Of a DNA stretch of 64,000 nt, positions 1-13,600 are shown piece by piece. The DNA lies in assembly GCF_021869535.1 (NCBI RefSeq), contig NW_026262648.1, forward strand, positions 806,001 through 870,000. The letters run 5' to 3'. The translations under genes and the position numbers were made by a program. Source of the stretch: Mytilus californianus. Its lineage: Eukaryota. Position 1 is the first letter of the stretch, and every line of letters begins with the position of its first letter. Under the pieces are notes generated by a model. That model saw only the letters and a list, made by a program, of their open reading frames with translations. It was not told the DNA's origin and searched no databases.

Positions 1-2763
1 GCTATCAGTGCTCGCCTCAAAGTCTTAACAACCATACAATCTCAAAATTTGAGTGAAAGGCAAAAAAGAAAATTCCGTAGGGATGGCATCGAACATATCA
101 ATCCTTCTTTACCATCTGAAAAAAAAAGAGAAAACGAGTAAGGCGCTTTAAACGTAGGTCACTAGAGACTGATTCGCCCTCCAACATTGTGGTCAATCTT
201 TCCAAACACCAGTACACGGAAGCTGAAACATCTCTTCTCTCGAGAGGCTTAAATTTCTGTCCTTTACCTGCCCCTGTCAATGAAACTAAATTGTCGGAAG
301 ACCTTGACAATTTTGCCAGAAGTCTACGCATTAAAGAATATTTCGCGTCGAAGGAGAACAACAAAAGATGCTCGAATAGCGACTCAGAAATTTCAGAAGA
401 CGAAAACAACTACAAATTTATAAAAAAGAGTACTTGGATCCCTAAACCGAGCACAAATGCCACCTTGGAATCATTTATTGACAATTTTAAGTCGGACATT
501 ATTAGAATTACTAGAAATAACAATAAACCTTTTGACAATCTTACCAACGAAGAACGAACTGCACTGAAAAACTTACGATCTAACGACAGTATCGTCATTA
601 AACCTGCAGACAAAGGCAGTGCAGTGGTTGTCATGGATAAATCTGCCTATATTCAAGAGGCTGAACGACAACTTGGCGATGCAAGGTTCTACCAAAAACT
701 AGACTGATCCTACAACATCTTTTAGCAGAAAAATAACTGATAGTTTGGTAGAAATGCACAACGATGGTTTCATCGATGAAAAGACTCTAGAATATTTGAA
801 ACCAGAAAATCCAAAACCGGGCAGATTTTATCTTTTACCTAAAATTCATAAGGCCAATAACCCAGGAAGACCTATAGTTTCAGCGAACGGTCATCCGACG
901 GAAAAATATAGGAATTCGTTGACTTCCATCTTCGTCAACATGTTGAGGACTTACCATCTCACATCAAAGATACTACCGATTATCTTAGAAAATTGCAGGC
1001 CTTAAATCCACTCCCCTCCGACACGACACTTGTCTCTATGGACGTCACCTCCCTCTACACGAATATTCCACATGCAGATGGCATTGATGCGTGTAAAGAA
1101 GTTTGGAATTCCCGACCAGTGAAATATCCACCCACTGAATGCTTGGTCAAAATGCTCACGCTGGTACTCAAAAACAACAACTTCACTTTTAATGGAGACC
1201 ATTATCTGCAAGTTAATGGAACTGCTATGGGCACCAAAATGGCCCCATCATATGCCAACATATTTATGGACAAATTAGAAAAACATCTCCTTGAATCTTC
1301 CATCGAAAAACCGCTTTCCTGGTTTAGATTTATAGATGATGTGGATATGAAATGGAATAAAAGTGACGAGGATTTAGATACATTCATCACTCATGCCAAC
1401 AACATACATCCAAGTATCAAATTTACTCATGAGAAATCTAAATCCAAAATCACCTTCCTCGATACCTCCAGCTTGCTCACAGATGGCATCATATCCACTG
1501 ATCTATATTCTAAGCCTACTGACACTCACCAATATCTATCCCCTAAAAGTTGCCATCCTGCTCATTGTACTAAGAGCATCACGTACAGTCAGGCACCCAG
1601 AGTCAAGCGAATATGTTCCAACTCAGAAACAACTAAAAAACAACTACGTCAACTCGAAACCCGCTTGAAGAGAAGGGGCTACAAACACAAAACTATCCAA
1701 AAAGGCTTTCAGAAAGCGGAAACTATTCCAAGGAGTAAACTGTTAGAATACAAATATAAAAAAAAAGAAAAATAAAAGGACTCCATGTGTTCCTACTTAC
1801 CACCCATCTCTCAAAAACAGCTTCGGTGTCATTCGTGAGCATTGGAAAACAGTTGAAAAGAAGTCCAAACTATCCAAGATTTTTCCCGAGCCTCCCATGA
1901 TAGCTTTTAGGCAACCCAATAGTCTGCGTAACCTGCTGGTGCGGGCTGAAGTGTCTGATAATAGAAGTACTTCTGGAGAATGTCGTTCGTGTGATGAAAA
2001 ACGCTGCAAATGCTGCCTACAGATGCATCACTCATCAACTTTTCACAGTAAGGCAACAGAAAATAACTATAAGATATTTTGCAATGTTAACTGCAAAAGT
2101 ATGAATGTTATTTACATTCTAGAATGTTCGGTTTGTGGCCTCCAATATGTTGGTGAGTCAAAGCAGCCTTTCCACAAACGCCTCAATGGCCATAGGAGTG
2201 ATATCTCTAAGAAACCACTTCTCCCAGTTTCTCAGCATTTCAGACAGTCTGGTCACACACTTGATGACTTTAACCGCATGAAGATCCTAGTGATTGAACA
2301 GAACATTCACTGGAGTGATGCCCAGCGACAGGTTCGGGAAAGCTTTTGGATAAAGGAACTAAATGTACATCATCTAAACGGCATCAATAAAAAATACTAA
2401 GTTTTATTTTTCACTCATTTTGGGTTGTAAATATACACAGTCACGTATATTTGAGTATTGAGTTTTGTTTTATATTATGATGTTCAGGATTTTGGATTAA
2501 ATCAATAGACCAAAACTTACCTGTATTATTGAGCTATTTTTATACATATTATCAGTATTGTTAAAATACTTGACACCGAAGAAGGCTATTTGTTAAGCCG
2601 AAATATTTGTCAACACGATTTATTAACAACATCTTCGTATAATACCATCTTATATTAGTATCGTTGTGCAAATCTCCAGACTTATATAATTTTTTTTCCT
2701 TATCTGCACAGTATCGTCTATTCTAGACGATCCGGTACATAGTAAATTTGCTGGTTGGTCCTT
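1..2763 (+). mobile_element. Penelope-like retroelement (Neptune-type, RT + C-terminal GIY-YIG), frameshifted; starts before the window
   Basis: ORF pieces 189-707 (NLSK...LSRGLNFCP), 745-1005 (PGRFYLLPKIHK...GRPIVS), 993-1775 (DVTSLYTNI, GTAMGTKMAPSYA, FRFIDDV) and 1897-2400 (CxxxxCxxC linker, VIYILEC...QYVGES...RLNGH). The 3' UTR ends at (TA)n. Confidence 0.95.
2570..2613 (+). ncRNA. Minimal type I hammerhead ribozyme motif, U4C variant
   Basis: TTGACA-CCGAAGA-A-GGCT(8 nt)AGCC-GAAA-TATT-TGTCAA: stem I TTGACA/TGTCAA, stem II GGCT/AGCC, palindromic AAATATTT in place of stem III; lies in the PLE 3' UTR. Confidence 0.7.
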
Positions 2764-2777
2764 TATATATATATATA

Positions 2778-4090
2778 AAACCAGTCTAAAAGGGTACAAC
2801 ATCACCAAAAAACAGTTTCACCCGAACATCATCTGTAGAGACGCTAATAAATTTTTAAAATTTCCAAAAAACGACTCAAAGACATGCCTAAAATGAAAAT
2901 AGTAATTATAGATATGAACTGGCACAACTTTAAAATTCCAAAATGACGTCAGTTAAGATGTTACAACAACTGCGTGTAAATACATTCCCAAAAGAACAGC
3001 ACTGATCGATATAAGCTGGTAAAATATGACAAACAGAGGCTGCGTACTTATCATTCCAAATAAATAGCAGTTTTATAATGAAAAGAAAAAATAATAGTAA
3101 ATTTGGGCTAAGGTTAAAAGTTGGACGTGGATGCGTACTTGTATATCCCTACCAAATGAAAAGAACCCTTGTATTTAAACTAGTAAAATTCCAAAAATTC
3201 CAAAAGAATCCTTAAAACTGTAAGAGTCAAGTAAGGAAGCCGGAGTAACTGGAAACAAATGATGTCAGGAAAATGAGTGATGGTAGGAAAAATGAGTGAC
3301 TCATTCTATGTTTTTTCATTTATGCACTCTGGGGAAACTGTCCTTAGCTTTCTTATCCAAAACCTTTCCCGAGCAAGTCTTTCAGCCCTTGACCAACCCT
3401 CGTTGTGGTCTATGATTGTGATTGTGAGGTTTTTGAGATCAGCTTGGGCGTGCCCAGGTGATCTCAAATGACGACTTACGGGGAGGTCGGGCTTGCAGGT
3501 GTAGTCACTTCGATGACCATTCATGCGTTTGTTGAAAGTCTGTTCTGTCTCGCCAATATACTGCATGCCACATCGACACTGAAGAAGGTATACAACATTC
3601 TGTGTTTTGCAAGTTACATTACAAAATATAGTGTACACAGACCCAGTGGAGTGGCAAGTAAATGTTTGAGTATTCAGTATTTGTTGGCAAGTCAGACATC
3701 GTCTGTTACCACACGACTTGCACCATCCTGCAGTTGAATAGCTTTTATTAGAGGAGACGTCAGCTCTCACAAATAAGTCTTTCAGACTTGCTGGTCTCCG
3801 AAAAGCTAAGACAGGAGGATTGGGAAAGATCTTGGATAATTTTGGGTGATTGGCAATATTTATTAGCGTCTCTACATATGATGTTCGGGTGAAACTGTTT
3901 CACTTTTTTTATTGTATAGAATTCAAGATTGCTATAGTTTAATAATCAGAATAGATTTATCTGATTCATTTTACATCATGCTCATATTGATGAAGGATAT
4001 CTGTTATCCGAAATATTTATAGTTACATTTGTTCGTTTATTGTCATTTTTTGGTGATGTTGTACCCTTTTAGACTGGTTATATATTATAT
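2778..4090 (-). mobile_element. 5'-truncated Penelope-like element (GIY-YIG and 3' end) with an inverted copy of its own 3' end
   Basis: ORF 3306-3770 (CKSCGNRRCLTC, VVYLLQC...YIGET...RMNGH). 3860-3900 and 4050-4085 are reverse complements of 2778-2850. Confidence 0.9.
3983..4022 (+). ncRNA. Minimal hammerhead-like motif, C3U variant
   Basis: TTGATGA-A-GGATA(TCTGT)TATCC-GAAA-TATT with only a weak stem I; lies in the inverted PLE 3' end. Confidence 0.55.
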
Positions 4091-4147
4091 TTTGTAGTGT
4101 ACTGTATCATATTTATATGATCCATCGCCCCGTAAGATTTATCGTTG

Positions 4148-4276
4148 NNNNNNNNNNNNNNNNNNNNNNNNNNNNNNNNNNNNNNNNNNNNNNNNNNNNN
4201 NNNNNNNNNNNNNNNNNNNNNNNNNNNNNNNNNNNNNNNNNNNNNNNNNNNNNNNNNNNNNNNNNNNNNNNNNNNN
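4148..4276. other. Assembly gap (run of N)
   Basis: Run of N bases. Confidence 1.
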
Positions 4277-4476
4277 ACGATGTATGTATCACGAATGTTA
4301 AATGTTCAGGCAATTTCACAACAAATCAGAAAAAAAAAAGAAATAGAAGCATTTCTAAGATATTTATTTTTATTCCAGATAGTTGCTACATAGGTCAAAT
4401 TGGGAATAGATATATTGCAATTAGATAAAACATCAGTAAACTCAATTATTTTTAAGACATATTCTAAACTGCTTAC

Positions 4477-4628
4477 CTGGAATTATGCAGGTTGTCTCGT
4501 TAAAATTGTGAATATCTATGGTGGTTTTTGAATCAGTACATGTTCCTTCATAATACAGTGTTTGGTTTGATGCCCATTCTTTAAAATCAATTATGAGGCA
4601 GCATATGAATGGGTTTGTGTACATATTC
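4477..4628 (-). CDS. LRRCT exon (152 nt, phase 2 to 1), intact
   Basis: taag|G AAT ATG TAC ACA AAC CCA TTC... = NMYTNPFICCLIIDFKEWASNQTLYYEGTCTDSKTTIDIHNFNETTCIIP, ending at |gtaagc; NPF-x-C...W...C...C pattern. Confidence 0.85.
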
Positions 4629-7600
4629 CTTAAATATTAAATTCAATATAAGGTTAATTCCTATCTCATGTACTTAACCATGTGACGTCTGGTTTTTCAT
4701 ATTACTGCAAAACAATTTAAATTCCTGAGGGCAAAACATATGCAAGATACGGCAACAGCATGGAATTATATGAAACAACGACAAAGTATCATGCTGTTTC
4801 TATAGATATTTACAACAAGAGGTTTAAATCATCAAATCAACATAGATGGAGCTTTAAGTTAAACATTAAGCAAGGCATTTTATTACGCAAGAGGAACAAC
4901 TGTCCTACAAAACAATACTTGCAACACAACTTATTATTATATTTATGTTTTCAAGAACAGAACTTCTGGTAAACTTATTAAGCAGTTACCCTGTACAGTG
5001 CTATAAGAACATCCATTATTATAAATGCAAATCTGAAATAGGACAATGATGCTTAATTTACCATAAATTACAAATGTCGTTCTCCGTGTATTAAAAAGAT
5101 AAATATATTTTTTTCAAACTGATATTGCTTTGAACAGTAATATTAAATTATTGAACGACATTAAAATTTAAATAAAGAAGTAGAAATTAATAGTACGTAA
5201 ACAATAAAATGATAGTAAACCTGTTGAGGTGTTTGCACACAAGAATATTTTGAAGAACATCAGTTACATATGTGCATGATTAAATATCCAATACGACCTG
5301 TCATATGATAAGATAAACATGCTAACGTCTTAAATAAATTTAGGACACTGATACACACATTACCAAAGGTTTAAAAAAAGTATAACAAAAATACTAAACT
5401 ACAAGGCAACTCCATTAAGGGAATTTCATGAATACAGACAAAATCAAACGCTAGCAATCAATGGAACAAGTGAAAAACAACTGCCATATTCCTGACTTGG
5501 AAGAAAATCAAGTACTATCATGATTTTGTAAGATTATATTCTATCAAGACAATGGTTCTTGAATTATGCAAGATTTCAAAGACTAACCTTTCAATATAGA
5601 ATGAGATTAAGAGTAAAATGAGTATGTATAGATTAATCAATATTCGAGTCAAATGCACCTGTCACATGCGTGGTTTGAAATCACTAGTTCAGTGTTGACA
5701 GGCTTGTGATACAGTAAATAAACTACATAAACTACCTGGCCAACAAGGTCCCTTACATGTATAGAAGAACATCAACTATATATGATCGTTATAGGAATAT
5801 GATGCAATCTATTATAGGATAAAGGCTAAAATAAGAATCAATCACACTTACAAATGTCAAAGCTTTGGGTTCGATGATTACATACCAACTGGTAAACTTG
5901 CTCCTATGTAAAAAGTAAAATCACAAAAATACTGAACTCCGAAACGGAATGTCCCTAATCAAATTGCAAAATCAAAAGTACAAACACATCACACGAATGG
6001 ATAAGAACGTGTTAAATCAAGACAATACTATTCAAATAACCAACAGGAATTCTAGGATCAATTTTGAAATATTGAATAACATTAAAAGTTCAATAAACAT
6101 GTACGACGGAAATGTTCATAGACAATATAATGGTGATACACCTGCTAAACTATTGGCACACAAGTATATTAAAGAGCAAAGGGTACATATTAAAGAGGTT
6201 CAAACATCCTTATAATATTAAATACGGCTAAGTCTGATATAAATGATTTTCAATTACACAAACATATATTAAGATTTGCACCGTGTTCAAAATGAACAGG
6301 CCTTCTGGTAAATTTCTCACTTGTTATTTGGTAAATATTTTATATAAAATCAATGATCATGAACATACTTAATAATGTTGATGTTGATGTATTTTTTATT
6401 GCAAAACTATTAAGTTGTCGGCACTTACGTATATCGAAGAACATCAATTATATATGTACGTGACTATATAAACAAAACAAGTTAATATAGATTAGAGTCT
6501 GTGATAAGCATGAATCACAATTGGAATTCTTGTATCTTGGTGTTTGATGATAACAGACTATCTGGTAAACTTTCTTAGTTGTTATTGGCTACAGATTTAA
6601 TTTAAAATATTGAATAACATCAAAGTTAATTAAGCCTGTGAGATGAAAGTGTTCATACACAATAGAATGGTGATAAACCTGCTGGGCTGTTGTTATACAA
6701 GTATATAAAAAATACCGGGTACATGTACACAAGGTTAACAATTCCACACAATATTAAATAAGTTTAAGCCTGTTATAAATATCAATTGCACTTAGAAGTA
6801 TTGAAGATTTGCGTTCAAAGTTAACAGACCTTCTGGTCATCTTTCTTAATTGTTATTCAGTAAATATATATTAGAAAATCTATGATCAGAAACAAACTTA
6901 ATAAACCTACTGATATTTAAATTACAAAACATTGCAAAGGACTATCTTCAGTTATTTAATGGATCAAATGTATTTGTCAACCACCTAATACTGTGGATGT
7001 AATATTAATTGCTTCAAAGTTCAAACTCGGCACATAAGGATATTGAAGGACATCAGATATGTTTGTACATGATTAAATACTAGTATATAATATATAATCT
7101 AATCTAAAATAAAATTAAATAAAGTCTGAGACGAACATAATTCATACTTACAATGATAACAGATTCGTGTTCGACACAAATAGATCTTTTGGTAAACTTA
7201 TTAAGTTGTTCGATTCTATATATCTGGAAGAAAATCAATTATCATGATCATATTAGAACATGTGACATTGATACATTGATACTGAACTTACCAAAGATTA
7301 CCAAGTTCGATCTCCTTTTATTCAATAGATAACATATATATTTCTTCAAACTGACATTGTTGATGCATTTCGTTAAGCTTTCAACTGCAACTTATAAATA
7401 TTGAACGACATTTAAAGTAATATTGGTATACAAAAAGAAAGTTTGCAAACAAATTTAAATGATGGTAAGATGTTTATACACGAGCATATTGAGGAACATC
7501 AGTTATATAAGTACGTGATCATATAAACAAATAAATCTTCAATATTTCAATAAAATAAAGTATTTGATAAGCGTTATACATAATCAATATTCTTGCAACA

Positions 7601-10600
7601 TAGTGTCGATTATAAGAGACTATCTGGTAAACTTACTTAGTTGTAATTGGCTACAACTTTGAAATAAAATCAATCATCTTGAATATGTAAAAACATATTT
7701 AATCAAGACAATAATACTCAAATTACCAATAGGAATTCTAAGATTATTGTTTTAATATTGAATAACATTAAAAGTTTAATAACCATGTAAGAAAGAAGTG
7801 TAATAGAAGGGTGATAATTCTTGTAACATAGTGTTCGATGATCACAGACTAGCTGGCAACCTTACACTATTGGCACAGAAGAATATTAAAGAACATAGGG
7901 TTTAACATTCAAAACACTTAAATAAGTTCAAGTCTGATACCAAAATAAATTACACTTACACAAAGGAGTAAGGGCAATAAGGGCCAAAATCGGCCCCATC
8001 TTAGAACAAATTCATTTTTTCTGAAAATCATGCCGAAACTATCCACTTCATAGAACATAAAAGATTTTGTTCATATCTCAAGCCGTTTTCGCGTAAGAAA
8101 CTTTCAAAACTAATGACAGATAAATAAAAAAATCCTCTTTTTTCATGGAATATTTTTATTTGTACCTGTTTTGAAATATCAATGTAGCACATACTGTTTT
8201 AACATTCAGTTATTTTTCAACTCATACAGTGTACAAATGCTATTTCATAATATTTGTTTACAATTCATTTTACTTATAATAACACAGTTACCGTTGCTAT
8301 GGCAACAGAAACCTACATAAAAAATAATCAAATCATAGATAAGCGCTTCCAGATAGCTTCGGTGTTTAAATGTTGAACGATATATTTTTCTTAAACTTCT
8401 TTAAAGACCTATGGATCAATAAATTTTCGATTTTCAATATAAACATAAGTAAACCTTGGTGTCATAACCTTGTTTTTTTTTCGAAAACGTTGAAATTAAC
8501 AAAACCACCAGTTATTTCATAAGGTTAAATAGGAGAAATCTCATTTTTCCTTATTTAGGAAAAAAAAAAGAATTAACAATAGGCATATGCATACAGTATT
8601 TTTTATCAAAGAATATTTATTAATTCTGCATTATGTGACAAATTATTCTATATTTTCTGCAATCCGCAATATTCCGTGAGCAAGCCTGAAGGAATGGATA
8701 TACTCTGATTACTCAAGTCACAAGCTATAAAGTAAAAAAAAAATGTCATTATGCTTTATCATGAACATATGTTTTGATGAGTTATGTACCTATTTGTTAA
8801 ATCGTACAATTACTTGCAAGTAGTCATATGAAAAACATGTATATGAAGAAATATGTTGAACTAGTAACTCAACATACAAGAAAACATGAAGTTATTGTCG
8901 GAGAGATTCGAGAAAAAAAAACACACAAACTACAACTTGATAGGGTTGGTCGCTGACAAAATATGATGACATTCTGACATGTATATTAGTTTTGAGAAAA
9001 GAAATATTTGGAAAATATTTGTTTGACAAACGCACGGTCATACGAATGGATAAGGTGATTAAAATAGTAGAAATGTGATGTATTATACATAAAATACACA
9101 TTGGGTCACATATCTAATAACCCATATAAAAAAAATGAGCTACTACGTACAGCGACTATCTAATGATTTCCTACGGTTTGAAATATAAAAGAAATGGATT
9201 CAGTTATTTTAACCCGTGCATTGAACTATCTTTCTGTAAGTTTTAAAGAACATGGATTGTTTTTTTTTCATATACACTAATACATAAAACCGGAGAGTAC
9301 ACTTTTACATAAGACACATTTCCTGATGACAGACACAATTTTGTAGAAGTACGATTTAAGATAAAAAGGAACCAAGCAAATTAACAACTATTCTTTCAAT
9401 TCTGTACAATGTCGGAGGAAGCAGTTGGTAAAAACATTTCCAGACATATTAAATGATATACACTGTAAAATGTATGGTTCAAAAAGGAATTAAACGTTTT
9501 GTCATTTCTTTCAAATTAAAAAACAAATAATGAATTTTCACGTCATTCACTCTTCATCATTTGCTTCGTCGTTGTCACTTTCGTCAACAGTAACTGGATC
9601 TGGCAGGTTACGAGCATCAAGAAGATATTTGCTCCAATCACGACAGTTTTCAAAAATTCTATCCGTGTACTTTCCAATACCAAGATACCAAATTAAGGCC
9701 GTAACATGAGAGCAAGTTCCTACAACACGACTTCCGGCTTTGCACTGGCAATACCAACCCACGACACTAATGTCATCATATTTAACCCATACACGATAGC
9801 ATTTTGATGATATATGCCTTGATTGAATTTTAGCACACAAAAGATTCTCTTCATGGTCATATGTAAAAACTTCATAATAACCATCGTCATCTAGGTGTTC
9901 TCTTGTATAACTTGGAGCAAGTTTTAGTTGGTAGACTCCAACAGTAATATTTCTTATATCTTCTTCTGATAAACGGGGAAAAGTAGGGGCGGATGAAGCA
10001 TCAATCTTTTGCCATTTACAAGAACGTTTGTCAAGGCCTTCCTCTATTATTTTCTCATGGAGTAAGTTCTTTTGCTTTGAAAGATAAAGCATTTTAGACA
10101 CCAATTGTTCATCTTGTTCTGAGTCCCCTGTATTTAGTTCTTGCCAATATTTATTCATAATTGCACAGGCAATATTGACATAATCAGATACAAATGGAAT
10201 CTGGCTATGTGGTAGAACTCTATCTAGATATTTCCATGACTTAATGTGGCCATTCACGGACTCTACCACCCAACGGATTTTTGTAACTAGTCTTGTTACG
10301 TTGCTGTCTTCAACTGGAAGTTGAGACTCCCCTTTTTTATTAAAAGCTGGCATTTTTGTTTGGATACCCATTTCTTGCAGTAAATCAAGTGCATCTCGGA
10401 AACCCCGGTCGACAATCATAATGTCATCCTCAGTCACCCATTCTTTAAATTCCTCAATGTCATGTTGAATGATGTGCTTCATTATTTGTGCATCGTTGTT
10501 TTTGCCGTCGCTAAAGTACGGTCCAATTACACTTATAATGTAACCAGAAGTTGTTACAAAGACCATTGGTTTAACCAATGGTCGATGTTTGTGCATACTA

Positions 10601-13600
10601 TAGCATTTACGTTGGAACTTGAATTGTGAACTTTTCTGGATATGAATATAAGTGCCATCTGCGACTATAATTGCTGGATACATTCCTTTTCCAAACAGTG
10701 ATTGCGCTAGAGGTCGAGTATGCGATGTTATAACCTCTTCCCTACTTATATGATTAAATCCTAGATTAGAGGGAACAAGATTGTCAGACAAGAATTTTCT
10801 AGCTGATGCAATAGCACGTCTAACAGAATCTTTACCAAAATTAAAAAGTGTTGATAAAAGTTTATTGGATAAACCAGACTTCAGTTTGGTCAAAAATATT
10901 CCAATACATGTCCGAACACGTAAGTTACCCTTTTGGACAATTGAACATAGGTCATTAAAGTTTTCCTTAGAAAGGCCTGTCAGATTTAAAATGTCTGAGC
11001 TTGTAAGTGCATTTTCTGTATCAAAATCAATTTGCCGCTTGCTTCCTCTCAATGCCATATCTCGGATTTGCATAATAAGGTCCATTAAGTCAGTACGGTT
11101 GAAAATGGACGAAGACTGCGAATGTGAAATTCTGTCAAGTGCATCAGGTAAAAATATTTCATTGCACAAGTGACCTGGACAACATCTGGCACCAACTGTG
11201 AGAACAATGAGTTTATCCAAAAATAAATTAAATCTAGCGTTTGTTGGGACGACTACTAGCTTTGGGCCTCGGCGTTTACACACAACACACTGCGAATGGC
11301 CACCTCCAGCTGATGGTATAGGCAGTGCGATACTTGGCGGAGATTTACATGGATGACATCTAGCATATTTTGTTGGAGGGACGTACTCCGTGTCATCATT
11401 ATTTAATTCAGATATTGTAGTTTGTATGGGGCATCTTACATTTGTGTCAATTTCTCGAGAGCATCGTATTCTGCATTTATTACATATAACACTGTTAGTG
11501 TGGTTAATTTTGTCCTGTTCAATGAAAAACTTCTGTTGTAAACATTTACGCAGTGATTTATTGTTGGGTCCTATGAGTTTCCGCCTGTCTCTGGTTTTTG
11601 GTCTCTTTGAACACAAAATGCAAGTATAGTTTCTGGGCGTTGACATTCTCTGATAATTAGAAATAGAAATATTTAAACAGATAGGATGAGGTAAATCAGA
11701 ATAACATACTGAATATCCTTAGTGTGATTTAAAATTATAAAATACAATATCGTAAAATGTTTTAGTCTGAGAATATCATGGTGCGTATGTTTCTTAGTTT
11801 AGTTGTGTGTATTTGTCTGCGCACGTGTGTGTGTGTGTTTACGTTTTTGTTAATTTACATGCAAATTCCATCACGAAATATCAGTTTTGAAATATGCTAT
11901 ATTCAACCCTGATTGTTTATATACTTAATTATCGTTTAACGTTTAAACGGACAAAAGTGTTTAAGTCAGTATCAAAATTACGGATAGTTAATAATAATAA
12001 ATAAATCTTAAAGTCTTCATATATTAGAAAATTACAACCTAAAACATGAATACAAAGATGTAACGGATAAACATTAATGGGACAGGAAACCACCACCCCT
12101 ATAACAACACACACACACACAAAAGACAAACAGAGGGAAACATATAATATTCAACAAAATAATGTATACTCAATATGTAAACCTCTAAGTCTTCTCGAAA
12201 TGTAGATAATGCATGCTCTCATCAAGATACGTTTATCATAATTACTAGAAGTTAAAACACGCAGTCAATTTATCTTAACCCTAGACTCACCTTAAGGTCG
12301 TGAGTTCCTATCAGGAACCGACATATTCCTTTCACCCAGCATACACTTGCATTGTTTAAGCCAGCTGAAAATCTGTTGAAAAAAATGAAGATTATCAAAA
12401 TAATGTATACTTATACTGAACTAAATATGACAGGGTATTACGTAAACATTTTATGTTGAGAAAGTTTATTAAAATTACTATAAAAATATCAATAACCATT
12501 TCTCAATTTAAAGATAAAAGATTATTACTTCTATAGCCGCCCACTATAAACTGTCAAAAAGTAGTCTTTTTGTTTCTGTGCCTGATAATACAATGTTATC
12601 AATTAATCATCATTCAAACATAGGTTTAAACTGTTTATTCGAGCACAAATGCTTTAAGACATGAATCAGTTAAAATAAGGAATACCTTATTAAGGGACCA
12701 TTAAGTATGTAAGTGACAACTGCTAGTACATACTGGTGAAGTACAATGTCTCTATTCAAAATACCATGTATACTGCTCTTCAGTAAATATCTATAAAAAA
12801 AACTTCATCATTCAAAATCATTTTTTAACACGTTATGACAATATTAAAAAAGTATTTATGCATTTATGCAAAAAAAAAAAATTACAAAAAAAGTGTTGAG
12901 ATTTGAACCTGGCATCTCCGTACTGCCAGCATGACTATCTTATCCTCACGACCATCCCGTCAACTGTTTATCATTCGTTAATTTACAGGAACTTGAATTC
13001 AACAGTACGTTAGAAAAGTTTCTTCATCATACGACACCTAAGAAACTAATACTGTTTTAACATAAACTTCAAATTGTAGGATAAATTGTGATCTTTTCAC
13101 TGTTTATTTTTATGTTTATATTCATAATATAACGTTATAGAAAAGAAACACACAAAAGTTTCCTAGTATCGATACAAGTAGTTTTCATACCCCGTAAATT
13201 TCTTTTTTTTTGTCATCGCCCGGCAATATTTATATTCAACTGTAAAATAAGGACATTTCTGGTAAAGATACCAATTCATTTTTGGTATAACTTAGTTTTC
13301 AAATGGATTGATGTAAGCTTTTTAAGTTGAAATGATCGTGTAAATACTACCGTGAGAAGATTAATATTTTAAATATGATAAACTGTACGGAACCCCGCAT
13401 ATTTCTGTTGAGATAAATTGATAAGTAAAATAATCAACATACCCTTTTGAATTACAACCGAAATTAATAATCCTTTGACAGCTATTCTCTAAAGTTGAGC
13501 TAAGTAGATCAGGTCTAAAGTACTGCTGGTAACTATAGACGTTTCCCTTTTGTGGTTGTCCTAAAAGATGTCTTCAATAATCTGAACCGGTTTTTTTCAA

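Noticed and set aside
700-710. Selenocysteine read-through of TGA in PLE 1 (Sec-encoding Naiads are known in clams)
   Set aside because: The TGA coincides with a frameshift, not an in-frame Cys position, and the element has a C-terminal endonuclease.
4113-4428. ORFs spanning the N run
   Set aside because: Artefacts of translating the gap.
7292-7380. Recurrent exon-like segment ending TG|gtaagt (also at about 14490, 15527 and 20301)
   Set aside because: The donor is conserved, but no consistent acceptor, length or frame could be established, so it was not called as an exon.
10781-11629. Plus-strand ORFs of 130 and 79 aa
   Set aside because: Antisense shadows of the transposase with no recognisable motifs.
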